Under the pieces are notes generated by a model. It saw only the letters and a list, made by a program, of their open reading frames with translations. It did not search any database and had not been told where the DNA came from. A stretch of 63,927 bases of DNA, the filler included, from Chlamydiia bacterium (GTDB taxonomy: Bacteria > Chlamydiota > Chlamydiia > Chlamydiales > FEN-1388), in NCBI GenBank assembly GCA_903848235.1. It is 9 parts of 9 records of this genome, joined end to end, with 100 filler letters (N's around TTAATTAATTAA, not from the genome) between each part and the next. Parts side by side here need not be neighbours in the genome. Positions count along the whole stretch, not along the records: positions 1 to 2,941 come from CAINFV010000049.1; positions 3,042 to 13,841 come from CAINFV010000050.1; 7 more parts are not named here. One strand, 5' to 3'. Each line of letters opens with the position of its first letter. Within the stretch, counting starts at the first letter, position 1. The position numbers were made by a program, and so were the translations under genes. Of the stretch, positions 1 to 9,209 are shown one piece after another.

Positions 1-488
1 GCACCATGGCCCTCTTCTTGTTCGCCAGCCCCCATTTTCTCAATAGAGCCTATTGTGCCAAGCTCACCTTCTACAGAGACCCCGACAGAATGGGCAACGT
101 CAACGATAAACCTGGTGACATTCACGTTATACTCATATGACGATGGCGTCTTTCCATCTTCTTCTAGCGAGCCATCCATCATGACGCTGGTAAATCCCTG
201 GCGGATAGCGCTAAGACACACCTGAAATGAATTGCCATGATCCTGATGGAGGACAATGGGGATATCTGGATAGAGCTCTACAGCAGCTAGCATGAGGTGT
301 CGAAGAAAAGCATCGTTCGTATACTTACGAGCGCCTCTGCTTGCCTGGATGATGACAGGGGCTTTGATTTCTTGGGCAGCTTCGAGAATCCCTTGGATCT
401 GCTCCATGTTATTCACATTGAAAGCAGCGATCCCGAAATTTTTTTCGCGAGCATAATCAAGAAGAACACGTAATGGTAGCATAGGCAT
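1..488 (-). CDS. fba: Fructose-bisphosphate aldolase class II (3' end runs off the window)
   Basis: Manual translation from ATG at 488: [56 protein letters not shown]...LHQDHG...[11 protein letters not shown]...GVSVEGELG; class II motifs AFNV, HQDHG, SVMMDGS, EGELG. Confidence 0.92.
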   Translation of the reverse strand, partial: MPMLPLRVLLDYAREKNFGIAAFNVNNMEQIQGILEAAQEIKAPVIIQASRGARKYTNDAFLRHLMLAAVELYPDIPIVLHQDHGNSFQVCLSAIRQGFTSVMMDGSLEEDGKTPSSYEYNVNVTRFIVDVAHSVGVSVEGELGTIGSIEKMGAGEQEEGHG

Positions 489-604
489 GGTAAAAAATCT
501 CCTTTCCATCTGAATGAATGTATATTGATGACCGTACTAAAAGAAAATCGCTTGCGTCAAGGAAATACATGACGATCAAGAAGTTTTCTTAGCAATAATC
601 TGTC

Positions 605-1300
605 CTACAGCCAGTGGGCTATCTCTTCTAGTGGGAGGCGACTTCGTGCTGGAGGCCGTTCTGCTGGATAGCCAACGGCTATGATAAGGGGGACATCGAA
701 CCGTCGTGGAATTTTCACAGCTTTTTTCAGCCGTCGCTCATCAAATCCAGATATAGGGCATGTGCCAAGGCCAACGCTTTCAGCGGCAAGCATAAACATC
801 ATTGCTGCCACACCGACATTCTTCTGCAGCCATGCATTCTTATAGACCGCAGGAAGCTCTGGCAATGGGGTGAAGAGGCGGATGAAGGGAGCGAACAGTA
901 ATTTTGTCAGCCAGCCAAAGCCTAATGGTTTTGTCGAAAAGTTCATATCGATGAGATTTCGGCAGATCTCCATCTTCTCTTCTGAAACGACGCCATTAGC
1001 CAAATCTACGCCCCACGTTTTTTCAAAGTTATTGGTCGCTGCATCCCTGTCAGCGGCAAAGACAATGACTGCTGGAGCGGAGAGCACCTGCTTTTGCCCG
1101 AGACAGGAGCGGACAATGGATTCTTTTATCCGCTGCTGTCTGATGACATAATAATGAATAGGCTGAATATTGTAAGACGAGGGCGCCGTCTGAGTGATGC
1201 GGAGCAATCGTTCAAGGAGTGAGTGGGAGATAGGATCCGGCTTAAAGTTACGAACGCTTCTCCGATGAAAGGCCAGCGCTTCAAAAGCATCGATGTTCAT
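605..1300 (-). CDS. Nitroreductase family protein
   Basis: RRSVRNF, APSSYNIQP and GLGTCPISGFD motifs. Confidence 0.9.
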   Translation of the reverse strand: MNIDAFEALAFHRRSVRNFKPDPISHSLLERLLRITQTAPSSYNIQPIHYYVIRQQRIKESIVRSCLGQKQVLSAPAVIVFAADRDAATNNFEKTWGVDLANGVVSEEKMEICRNLIDMNFSTKPLGFGWLTKLLFAPFIRLFTPLPELPAVYKNAWLQKNVGVAAMMFMLAAESVGLGTCPISGFDERRLKKAVKIPRRFDVPLIIAVGYPAERPPARSRLPLEEIAHWL

Positions 1301-1533
1301 ACTTCTTCAACCATCACTTCATTTTCAAAGTATCCCTGAGCACCATCTACAAGATATGATGCCAAATCTGGATCTCCTTCGTATGAGACCTCGACTTCCA
1401 AGCGACCGGGCTGAGTTGTTGGGCGACATGTCACTAAGACATAGCCCACATGATCGCTGAGTATCCGACGAACTTTTTCATGCGCATTACCGATTTTTTC
1501 AAGCGAGCGCGTTGAAGACCGTGGGTTTTGCAT
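1297..1533 (-). CDS. Small hypothetical protein
   Basis: 78-aa ORF with 4-bp ATGA overlap onto the nitroreductase start. Confidence 0.65.
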   Translation of the reverse strand: MQNPRSSTRSLEKIGNAHEKVRRILSDHVGYVLVTCRPTTQPGRLEVEVSYEGDPDLASYLVDGAQGYFENEVMVEEV

Positions 1534-1790
1534 GTATTCTTTGTCCCGTATACTGCACGTCTATATTTCCCCCCTGTCCACCATGCCTCTATATGCACTT
1601 TTTAGGGATTAAACGGCAACTTACTGAACACAACCAATTTGTTGCAAAGAAGAAATTCATCAAAATGAAAATTGTCCCATATTTTTTGACAACTTCGATG
1701 TATAAAATTTATTGAAACTGAATTTTAGATATTTACTACCAAATAGTGCGCGCGTTCTGTGGGAACAGGCGTTGTCGATAAATGGTAGTA

Positions 1791-1802
1791 CTGGACTTTA
1801 GC
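1791..1802. repeat. Solo terminal arm of palindromic element family A
   Basis: CTGGACTTTAGC is identical to 2802-2813 and 39970-39981 and overlaps the TAA stop of the 1798..2592 gene; only 12 bp. Confidence 0.4.
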
Positions 1803-2592
1803 CAGCTTTCGTTTGCAGAGAAAGATGCTGAGAAGCTGCCCTGTCTGACATTAAGCTGAGGAACGATTGAAGCTCAATTTCGCATATCTGAGGATCAAGA
1901 GTATTCACATAAGCATCGGCTAGATTATAGCGCAACCCCACGAATTCAAGCCCTTCATCTTCATACGCATTTGCTTCTTCTAGATATTTTCTCCTGTCGT
2001 CAATGAAAACGATTTTCTTAGGCTTCCAGGAGATCTGTTTAAAAAACGCAGAAAGCGCATTTTTTTTGCTTTTCCCATTCGTAAAAAGAACGCCTTGAAA
2101 AAACAGTGTTTCTGGGATGTCTATCAGCGAAAAACAGGCGTGTGTGGGAGCTGTCAGATTCATATCTATGCCAAGGGACTTTAAGTGACGAATGCTGATG
2201 TTGGCAACCGGAGGGGAACGACTGGTCAACCCCATCATCGTCACCCCTTTGTTTTGCAATGAATGCAGCACATCTGCCGTACACTCTTCCATAGCCTTGA
2301 CTTGGGTCACAAAATAAATGCTGTGTAAGAGGTCTACAGCTTGAATGAATGCCTGACTTTGGTCAGCCATTTCAAGCTTCATTTTCATCAGATAGTAATG
2401 AAACCACTCATCAGACCCAAGCACTTGTGCTGGCCGGAGAATGGTATTGTCGATATCGAAGACGACCAGTGTACCTGGGCGAACCTCACCGATAACATCT
2501 TGAATTGATGAGCATTCCCGAATAGCGGAAGAAGCTCTTGAAGGAAGGACAAGGGATGCGCCGAGCATGGCAAGGAGACTGAGTTTTTTCAT
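1798..2592 (-). CDS. DUF2608-like HAD-superfamily protein with signal peptide
   Basis: N-terminal signal peptide; VFDIDNT (HAD motif I), GLTSR, FIDD. Confidence 0.8.
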   Translation of the reverse strand: MKKLSLLAMLGASLVLPSRASSAIRECSSIQDVIGEVRPGTLVVFDIDNTILRPAQVLGSDEWFHYYLMKMKLEMADQSQAFIQAVDLLHSIYFVTQVKAMEECTADVLHSLQNKGVTMMGLTSRSPPVANISIRHLKSLGIDMNLTAPTHACFSLIDIPETLFFQGVLFTNGKSKKNALSAFFKQISWKPKKIVFIDDRRKYLEEANAYEDEGLEFVGLRYNLADAYVNTLDPQICEIELQSFLSLMSDRAASQHLSLQTKAG

Positions 2593-2798
2593 AGACTCTT
2601 AAGAGAACCCCTCTTATGGCACAGGTAATCCCACTCTACCCAAAACTGCATCGGCAATCCGCACACCCTCAAGGAGTGGGTACATCGTCAGTAAAAAGCG
2701 AAGATCATTTTCAATGACCGACGAATTTTTAGTCCAGTGATTCGCTTGCACTATCACTAAGACTAAAAATCTGAATTGATGGTAATGCTAAAACTATA

Positions 2799-2941
2799 AG
2801 ACTGGACTTTAGCATTTTTTGGGCACCGAGTTCGCAGAGGGTTGTCTCTCAGACGATTGCATTTATCATAGATCGGCCTGGGCAGGCCATCTATGATAAA
2901 TGCAATCGTCTGAGAGACAACGAATGCGAAATCGGTCTCAA
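2799..2941. repeat. Palindromic MITE/RPE-like element, family A (truncated by contig end)
   Basis: Perfect 33-bp inverted repeat 2841-2873/2889-2921; 2802-2820 identical to 39970-39988; 2911-2941 identical to 40034-40064. Confidence 0.85.
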
Positions 2942-3041
2942 NNNNNNNNNNNNNNNNNNNNNNNNNNNNNNNNNNNNNNNNNNNNTTAATTAATTAANNN
3001 NNNNNNNNNNNNNNNNNNNNNNNNNNNNNNNNNNNNNNNNN
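2942..3041. other. Artificial contig linker
   Basis: N44-TTAATTAATTAA-N44 (stops in six frames). Confidence 0.99.
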
Positions 3042-3378
3042 CAACAAACGGATGCGATCTCGACTCCATAGATGGAGTTGGGACGAGTTGCAAAAGTTTG
3101 TTGAATACAAAGCTCAAGCAAAAGGTATGGGGATAGTCTATGTGAACCCAGCGTACACCTCTCAAAAGTGTTCGAGGTGTAGCTCTTTGGGGATTCGGCA
3201 AAGACATCGGTTTACGTGTCCTAGCTGTGGAAGCTATCAACACAGCGATCGCAATGCAGCGATCAACCTACTGAAGCTTGGCGAGTCTGCTGTCTCGCCA
3301 ACGGCATTTGTCAACGTGCCAATGGTAGCGGCCCTTGCAGCCAGCTACAAGCCCCTCCCTTTAGGGAGGGGTAGTTGA
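3042..3378 (+). CDS. tnpB: IS200/IS605 family TnpB RNA-guided endonuclease, C-terminal part (5' lost at contig start)
   Basis: LQKFVEYKA...VNPAYTSQKCSRC...FTCPSCG...SDRNAAINL: zinc ribbon plus RuvC-III motif. Confidence 0.9.
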
Positions 3379-3781
3379 CCCACCTCTCGATAGCTTCGAT
3401 ATCATTCAAATCTTTTTCACGTCCCATCCACCGTTTCCAAGCAACAACATAGGAGAGTTTTGTAAAGGGAAATCCGCGGATCTCTTCACTATTGTCAATC
3501 ATCTCATCAATCAAATCCGTAAAAACCATCCAATCTTTCCAAATCTCAACAGGCCCGATGATAATACAATTTTTTTTCCGCCCTGTGACCGTGCGGCATC
3601 TAGCAAGCTCTTCCCACACATCACGTTTCACAATAAGATCCACATCGTGAGCTTCTCGGATGTTGCGTATCGCAAGCGGCCCGCTTCCCGCTACCGCATA
3701 TTCTCCTTTTGGAAGGTGCAATGCCTCCACTCCGACGAGAAGATCCACAAATTTCTGGCAGGGAGTAACAGAATTTTCCAT
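3311..3781 (-). CDS. Nucleotidyltransferase-superfamily-like hypothetical protein; C-terminus extends into the IS right end
   Basis: YAVAGSG...AHDVDLIV and GREKD motifs; residues after ...IEAIERW are encoded by IS sequence. Confidence 0.7.
   Translation of the reverse strand: MENSVTPCQKFVDLLVGVEALHLPKGEYAVAGSGPLAIRNIREAHDVDLIVKRDVWEELARCRTVTGRKKNCIIIGPVEIWKDWMVFTDLIDEMIDNSEEIRGFPFTKLSYVVAWKRWMGREKDLNDIEAIERWVNYPSLKGGACSWLQGPLPLAR
3352..3379 (+). mobile_element. IS200/IS605 right end (hairpin; 3' part of the omegaRNA scaffold)
   Basis: CCCCTCCCT-TT-AGGGAGGGG hairpin followed by TAGTTGAC at the end of tnpB. Confidence 0.75.
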
Positions 3782-3918
3782 CGGGCATGTACTTTTTGTA
3801 AAAAGGGCTCTACCGCAAATCCCCCTTATTATGCAGAATGAGCCTAAACTCGCTGTTATGATTTTTTTCTCCCCCCTTTTTTAAACACAGACGAGGGGTT
3901 TGTGTTTGATGAGGGTGG

Positions 3919-4401
3919 ATGTATACATACATTTTTAAGGAGACACCAGCCGTGGTAAGCATCGAGCAGCTCGACGCTTTTTTTGAACATCTCGTATCCC
4001 ATACCTCAGATCTCCTGCCGGATGGGATTATGAATATCAATGTGAAGACTCTTCACGCCCTTCATCTTCTCTCTGATGATACCCCGCTGCCCGGATCAGC
4101 CCCTGCCAGCACCTTGCTCCAGGCTATCGAATCAGGGGGGAGGATCACCCTATACAATGAAAAGTTTGCCCTGTGGGTTGTCCCTCAGAAAAATGCTGAC
4201 CCAGCATCCACTATTGTCTTTATAGCAAGTAGGACGGATGAAGAGATAAAGCCAGAAATTGCCTTTCGAACAACAGGAATTCACAACCGTTCGAAGACCA
4301 TCCTCAAGCTCATCGACCGCTTCTTAGCAGATATACAAGAAACAGAAACGGTTATCTCAAAATTCGAGCAGCCGACGTCGAAGGACCAGAAAATCTCTTA
4401 A
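3919..4401 (+). CDS. Conserved hypothetical protein
   Basis: 160-aa ORF with GAGGGTGG upstream, convergent on rsmA. Confidence 0.7.
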   Translation: MYTYIFKETPAVVSIEQLDAFFEHLVSHTSDLLPDGIMNINVKTLHALHLLSDDTPLPGSAPASTLLQAIESGGRITLYNEKFALWVVPQKNADPASTIVFIASRTDEEIKPEIAFRTTGIHNRSKTILKLIDRFLADIQETETVISKFEQPTSKDQKIS

Positions 4402-5231
4402 GGATTGGCTATAAGGCCTCTGAACAGATCCACCCATACATTCAGCGACATCTCCTCAGGCCTGCTGTCATACGACACTCCTGCACGATCACAGGCAGCG
4501 ATGAGCTGTTCTCGAGGATACCCCTCTTGCAATGAATGAAGAATCGTCTTCCTACGGTGTAAGAACGCCATGCGAAGGATTTCGAAAAAGAGCTCTTGCT
4601 CTTTGTCATCGAGCAGTGGCTTTCTGAAATAAAGGGTAAGAATTGCCGAATCTACCTTTGGCTTTGGCCAAAAGCATCCTTTCGGAACAGAGAAGGCATA
4701 GCGCACGTCAGAGAAAAACGCCGCTAAGCAGCCAACCAAGGAAGGCTTGCCGCCCGTCAGACGGCGTGCGACCTCTTCTTGTACCATGAGAACAGCTCGT
4801 GAGAAGAGAGCTGGCTTCTCCATCAACTTCTGGATAATCGGTGTCGTCAAATGATAGGGGAGGTTGGAGACGAGAATGACGCTGGCCGCCGTATGGTGAG
4901 CTATAATTTCAGCAAAAGAGCAGTCCATAATGTCAGAGGCGATGACAGAGAGCTTTCCCCCTTCTGGATCCAGCCTGTGGAGAGCATTGGCTAACACATC
5001 ATCCTTTTCAATAGCCACAACAGAAGATCCTGCCATCAGAAACGCCTCTGTCAACACTCCCGGCCCTGGGCCAATTTCTACGATGAGTGTGTCAGGGGAA
5101 GGATTCACCTCAGAGACTATCTTCGCGACGATATTACCGTCGATGAGAAAATTCTGAGACAAAGTCCTCTTGGGATGATGGTGAAGGGAGGCTAAGAACT
5201 CTGAGAGCTCCGAAGGGCGATACAGGGGCAT
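4398..5231 (-). CDS. rsmA: 16S rRNA (adenine1518/1519) dimethyltransferase KsgA
   Basis: LSQNFL, EIGPGPG, SNLPY, MVQEEVARRL, PKPKVDS. Confidence 0.95.
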   Translation of the reverse strand: MPLYRPSELSEFLASLHHHPKRTLSQNFLIDGNIVAKIVSEVNPSPDTLIVEIGPGPGVLTEAFLMAGSSVVAIEKDDVLANALHRLDPEGGKLSVIASDIMDCSFAEIIAHHTAASVILVSNLPYHLTTPIIQKLMEKPALFSRAVLMVQEEVARRLTGGKPSLVGCLAAFFSDVRYAFSVPKGCFWPKPKVDSAILTLYFRKPLLDDKEQELFFEILRMAFLHRRKTILHSLQEGYPREQLIAACDRAGVSYDSRPEEMSLNVWVDLFRGLIANP

Positions 5232-5247
5232 CTGTCACTCCACCCTT

Positions 5248-6282
5248 CTAGCCACTCTTCTGCTTAAACTGAAACGGCTCGAATGACAAGAGCTGCTCTG
5301 AGGTGAAGAGATGCTTCACATGGTGCTGCCGTCGCAAGTCATCAAAAAAGGTAATGGTATGCTTGGTGATCTCTGGAGAGGCAAGCTCTTCACGGAGGGC
5401 AGCTTCGAGTTCGAAGAACGTTGGCGGCTTTGGCTCAAACCGTTCATCGACGATATAACAGCGCCAGCTCTGATGAGGATCTGTTCGATTTGTAAAGGGT
5501 ATCGGCTCTGAATGAGATTGCAGCGGAAGCTTTTCTAAGATCTGCTGAATAGCGGGTGCCACTTCCTTTTGTTCTGAACGAAATGACGACGAGACGACAC
5601 ATTCAATTCCTTCGGGAAGCTTTGTGAGAATGGCATCTATTGGCAGGTGGTCGTTTTCCAGCAGCTTCCATACGTTATCAGCTACTTCCTTCGGGCAGTC
5701 TTTTCCCTTTGCCTTGACAGTCACACTTCTCCATACCCACCCTTCTTTTCCTTTAAGCTCTTCGATCCTTCGCTGGTAGGCGGCTCGTAGCACTTCAGGG
5801 GTAATAGAGCTGACAACAGGAGAATGGACATAGAAGGAGATAATACGCCGCAACAAGATATCAGCCTTCATCATCTCATGGACCTCATGCAACGAAAGCC
5901 CTTCCTCATAGAGGTTCATCATGACATTCGGGCCAAATACCTCTTCGAGCTCCTCACGGATATCGCCATTGGTAACAGTAAACTGCTTCTCTTCTGCTAG
6001 GGAGATGATCAGCTGCCGATCAACCAGCTCTTCGAATATTCGTCTCCAATTCGCCCGATAAAATTCATACCGCGCTTCTGGCACCCCTCGATACTGCGGG
6101 AACTGCTGACAGAACACCATATCAAGCTTCTTCATGACGTCAACAACGGTGACAACCTGATCGCGCACTGTTGCAAGCACCCTGTTTTCAACGACAATAG
6201 ATGAACGGCGTGATGGAGGGACGTCGCCAAAGGCTGAAAATCCTGAGAACAACGATATGAGAAACACCATGACTCGAAACAT
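5248..6282 (-). CDS. SurA N-terminal-like periplasmic chaperone
   Basis: Signal peptide; NRVLATV..QVVT and ELVDRQLI pattern of SurA_N; adjacent to rsmA. Confidence 0.6.
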   Translation of the reverse strand: MFRVMVFLISLFSGFSAFGDVPPSRRSSIVVENRVLATVRDQVVTVVDVMKKLDMVFCQQFPQYRGVPEARYEFYRANWRRIFEELVDRQLIISLAEEKQFTVTNGDIREELEEVFGPNVMMNLYEEGLSLHEVHEMMKADILLRRIISFYVHSPVVSSITPEVLRAAYQRRIEELKGKEGWVWRSVTVKAKGKDCPKEVADNVWKLLENDHLPIDAILTKLPEGIECVVSSSFRSEQKEVAPAIQQILEKLPLQSHSEPIPFTNRTDPHQSWRCYIVDERFEPKPPTFFELEAALREELASPEITKHTITFFDDLRRQHHVKHLFTSEQLLSFEPFQFKQKSG

Positions 6283-6382
6283 ATCTCGTATCTACCTACA
6301 AAAAAAATGATAGAACAACAACTGTACCATGCTCTCTGCCTTGCTCTCAAGAGCTAAGGATTAGGAGTCAAGTTTACATAAT

Positions 6383-7558
6383 CTAGACAATCCGGGTGAG
6401 CAAGGGAGCCATCTGCAAACAGACAGCAAAAAAGCCGTCCATCCCTCCACTGACAGGAAGCGATCTGAAGGGAGGTTCGACGAGTGTCAAAGGATAGGTC
6501 TTAAGAAAGAATTCGCATTGATCATCATTTTCCTCTCGTAAGAGGCTGCAGGTGGCATAGACGATGGTACCCCCAGGCTTCAGATAGGAAAAAGCCTCGG
6601 CAAAAATCTGACGCTGTTCCCCTGCCAGCCGAGCTACCATCTCATCTGAAAACTTCCATTTCATATCAGGGTTTCTGCGGAGCGTTCCCGTTCCACTACA
6701 GGGAGCGTCGACCAGCACCCAGTCCATCCGTTTTTTGAGGGTATTCAGACGCCCCTTCTCCTGATAGCTGACGATCTGCGCATTCTGAATCCCTGCGCGT
6801 TTTAGCCGTTTTTTCGCCTCATAGAGCGCCTGTTCGCGAATGTCATGGAGGAAGATCTGCCCGCGATTATTGAGGTTTGGAGCAAAGGCCAGCGTCTTAC
6901 CCCCAGCGCCAGCGCAAAAATCAAGCACCGACTCCCCAGGCTGAGCTCGGACAAGGCTTGCCACGTGCTGAGAACCAGCATCTTGTACTTCAAAATGTCC
7001 TGCCTTAAATTCGGGAAGAGAAAAGAGGTTGATCCTGCGCGATAATCGCAGAGCGAAGGGAGCCGAAGGCTCTTCTTCAACGTCGATTCCCTGAGAGCGA
7101 AGGCTCTGACAGAGCGCCTCACGTGTCGTCTTCAGCGGATTGACACGAAGGACAATAGGCGCTGATTCGTTACAGGCATGACATATCGAGGAGGTAGCCT
7201 CGCCAAAAGTCCTCTCCAGAGCTTGATAGAGGTTTTTCGGAAAGCTCACGCGAATATGGGGCTCGAGCGTTGTGTCTTCTGAAAGAGTGATAGGATTCTG
7301 TTCGAGAAGCTCGAGGAGGGCCTCGGAGCGAGCCTCTCCTGACAGCTGCCGCCGGTCGAGCAGTGCCTCTATCAGCAGTTTCCACCGAAGATAGGTGTAG
7401 ATTCTCTCGACAATGTAGAGCCTGTCTTTTGATCCCAACTGGGTATTATGCCGAAAGTATAAACTAATAAAAAGATCTATCGGACCTTTTTCGGAATCAA
7501 AGTTATTTAATAATTCGAAAAAATGATGTTGACGAAAGAGCGTTGATTTTTTAATCAT
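6383..7558 (-). CDS. RsmB/NOP2-family RNA m5C methyltransferase
   Basis: LRVNPLK, EVQDAGSQ, DFCAGAGGKT, DAPCSGTG, YATCS; start moved to ATG 7558 to avoid overlap with lnt. Confidence 0.92.
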   Translation of the reverse strand: MIKKSTLFRQHHFFELLNNFDSEKGPIDLFISLYFRHNTQLGSKDRLYIVERIYTYLRWKLLIEALLDRRQLSGEARSEALLELLEQNPITLSEDTTLEPHIRVSFPKNLYQALERTFGEATSSICHACNESAPIVLRVNPLKTTREALCQSLRSQGIDVEEEPSAPFALRLSRRINLFSLPEFKAGHFEVQDAGSQHVASLVRAQPGESVLDFCAGAGGKTLAFAPNLNNRGQIFLHDIREQALYEAKKRLKRAGIQNAQIVSYQEKGRLNTLKKRMDWVLVDAPCSGTGTLRRNPDMKWKFSDEMVARLAGEQRQIFAEAFSYLKPGGTIVYATCSLLREENDDQCEFFLKTYPLTLVEPPFRSLPVSGGMDGFFAVCLQMAPLLTRIV

Positions 7559-7588
7559 AGTATAACAATTGTAGGTTTGTTGCTCATC

Positions 7589-9190
7589 ATGATACCAATA
7601 CGAAAGAAATTTTTCGATCAAAAGAATCTGCTCCTCGCGGCAAGCATCGCTCTTCTGGGGTTTGGCAGAGCATCGGCATCTGTTTTTCTCTCGCCGCTGA
7701 CAGCGGTAATAGGCTATGCCTGCGCCTTTGGCGCTCTTGCAGCATTTCCTCCAGGGAAAAAGCGGTTTTTTGCAGGATGGGCGCTCTTTGCACTAGTGAT
7801 TCTCCTCCAGTCCAGCTGGTTTCTCTCACACCCCTACTCCTACATCATCGCCATTTGGATCCTGCTCTCCGTCCTCTTTGCCATCCCCTACGCATGCCTC
7901 AGCCTTCTAGTTACCTCAAACCACCGTCACACCCTCCTCTCTTCCGCAGGCCTTGCTGCAGCCTTTGCCCTTCTTGAATATGGCTTCACCTGCCTGCCCT
8001 GCGGCTACTCATTTCAATCTGCAGCTCTTCACCTTTCGTGGTGCCTATGGCCCCTTCAGCTCGCCTCAATAGTAGGAGGCATCGGCCTTTCGTTTTTCGT
8101 CTTCTGGTGTAACATTGTTGTTTTCTATTGGCTCTTCTCAAAGGCGCAAAGGTTTGCCCTGCCAGCCGCTCTCATCGCCTCTCTTCCCTATCTTATCGGC
8201 GGCGCCCTGTACTGGCACAGAACAGATGCACAGCAGACATTTGACCAAACACATCCCTCTCGCCAGGTTGCCTTTTGCCATATGGAAGAGCCCCCCGACG
8301 TCTATTCACACGCTCTTAGCCCAGAGGCTCTCCACGAGCAAGAGTGGCAAAAAATCTTAGAGCTCATCGATCCTCACTTTCTAAGACACGTTGATATCAT
8401 CGTTCTTCCAGAAGGTGTCGCCCCCTATTCAGCAGAGTCGCCATTGTTTTTGTCATCCCACCTTCCTGTCAGCTGGAAGAACAAATACCATGGCAATCAT
8501 CAGTTCCTGTCATCTCTTGACCTCTCACGCATGATTTCCTCTTCACTGAAAGCCTCCGTTCTCATTGGCCTTGAAGGCAGGAGCATCGACAACACAGGAA
8601 ACGTCTTAGCTCATAACTCCTGCTTTTTCATCTCCCCTTCTTCTTCAAAGATCGCTCGCTATGACAAACAACTCCTTCTTCCTCTTGGAGAATATATTCC
8701 CTTCTCCATCCTCCGCTCAGCTCTCGCCACCTATGGAATCCATGATAGCTTCTCTCCAGGGGAGGGAGCTGTCGTGTTCGCTGAAGGGTCTCTTCGGATC
8801 ACCCCGCTGATCTGCTATGAAGAGACCTTTTCTCGCTATGCAGTAGCAACATTGCCCCTTCAGCCAAACATGATTGTCTCGCTCAGCAATGACTGCTGGT
8901 ATCCTGACATACGAAGAGAACACGCAGAACTAGCACGCCTTCGAACGGCAGAAATGGGGCTTCCTATGGTACGGTCCTGTAATCAAGGGGTTAGCTGTGC
9001 TGTTGATGCGCTTGGAAGAACGATTGCGTCACGAGGAGAGTACGCTGGAGAAAAGAGCTCCTGTGTGGCCTGCCCTCTTTCCCAGTACACGACATTCTCA
9101 CTCTACGCTCTCTTAGGGCCAGCTGCCATTGCAGTGTTCTGTGCTCTGGTAAGTGCCATCGCCTTCTGGTCTTCACGGCGTCGGCCATAA
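7589..9190 (+). CDS. lnt: Apolipoprotein N-acyltransferase
   Basis: Multiple TM segments plus nitrilase domain: LPEG, YDKQLLLPLGEYIP, LICYEE, SNDCW. Confidence 0.92.
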   Translation: MIPIRKKFFDQKNLLLAASIALLGFGRASASVFLSPLTAVIGYACAFGALAAFPPGKKRFFAGWALFALVILLQSSWFLSHPYSYIIAIWILLSVLFAIPYACLSLLVTSNHRHTLLSSAGLAAAFALLEYGFTCLPCGYSFQSAALHLSWCLWPLQLASIVGGIGLSFFVFWCNIVVFYWLFSKAQRFALPAALIASLPYLIGGALYWHRTDAQQTFDQTHPSRQVAFCHMEEPPDVYSHALSPEALHEQEWQKILELIDPHFLRHVDIIVLPEGVAPYSAESPLFLSSHLPVSWKNKYHGNHQFLSSLDLSRMISSSLKASVLIGLEGRSIDNTGNVLAHNSCFFISPSSSKIARYDKQLLLPLGEYIPFSILRSALATYGIHDSFSPGEGAVVFAEGSLRITPLICYEETFSRYAVATLPLQPNMIVSLSNDCWYPDIRREHAELARLRTAEMGLPMVRSCNQGVSCAVDALGRTIASRGEYAGEKSSCVACPLSQYTTFSLYALLGPAAIAVFCALVSAIAFWSSRRRP

Positions 9191-9209
9191 AAGACGTCAA
9201 TCGCAGCGA

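Noticed and set aside
6383..7621. Apparent head-to-head overlap of the RsmB-like gene and lnt in the ORF track
   Set aside because: Disappears with the downstream ATG starts (7558 and 7589).
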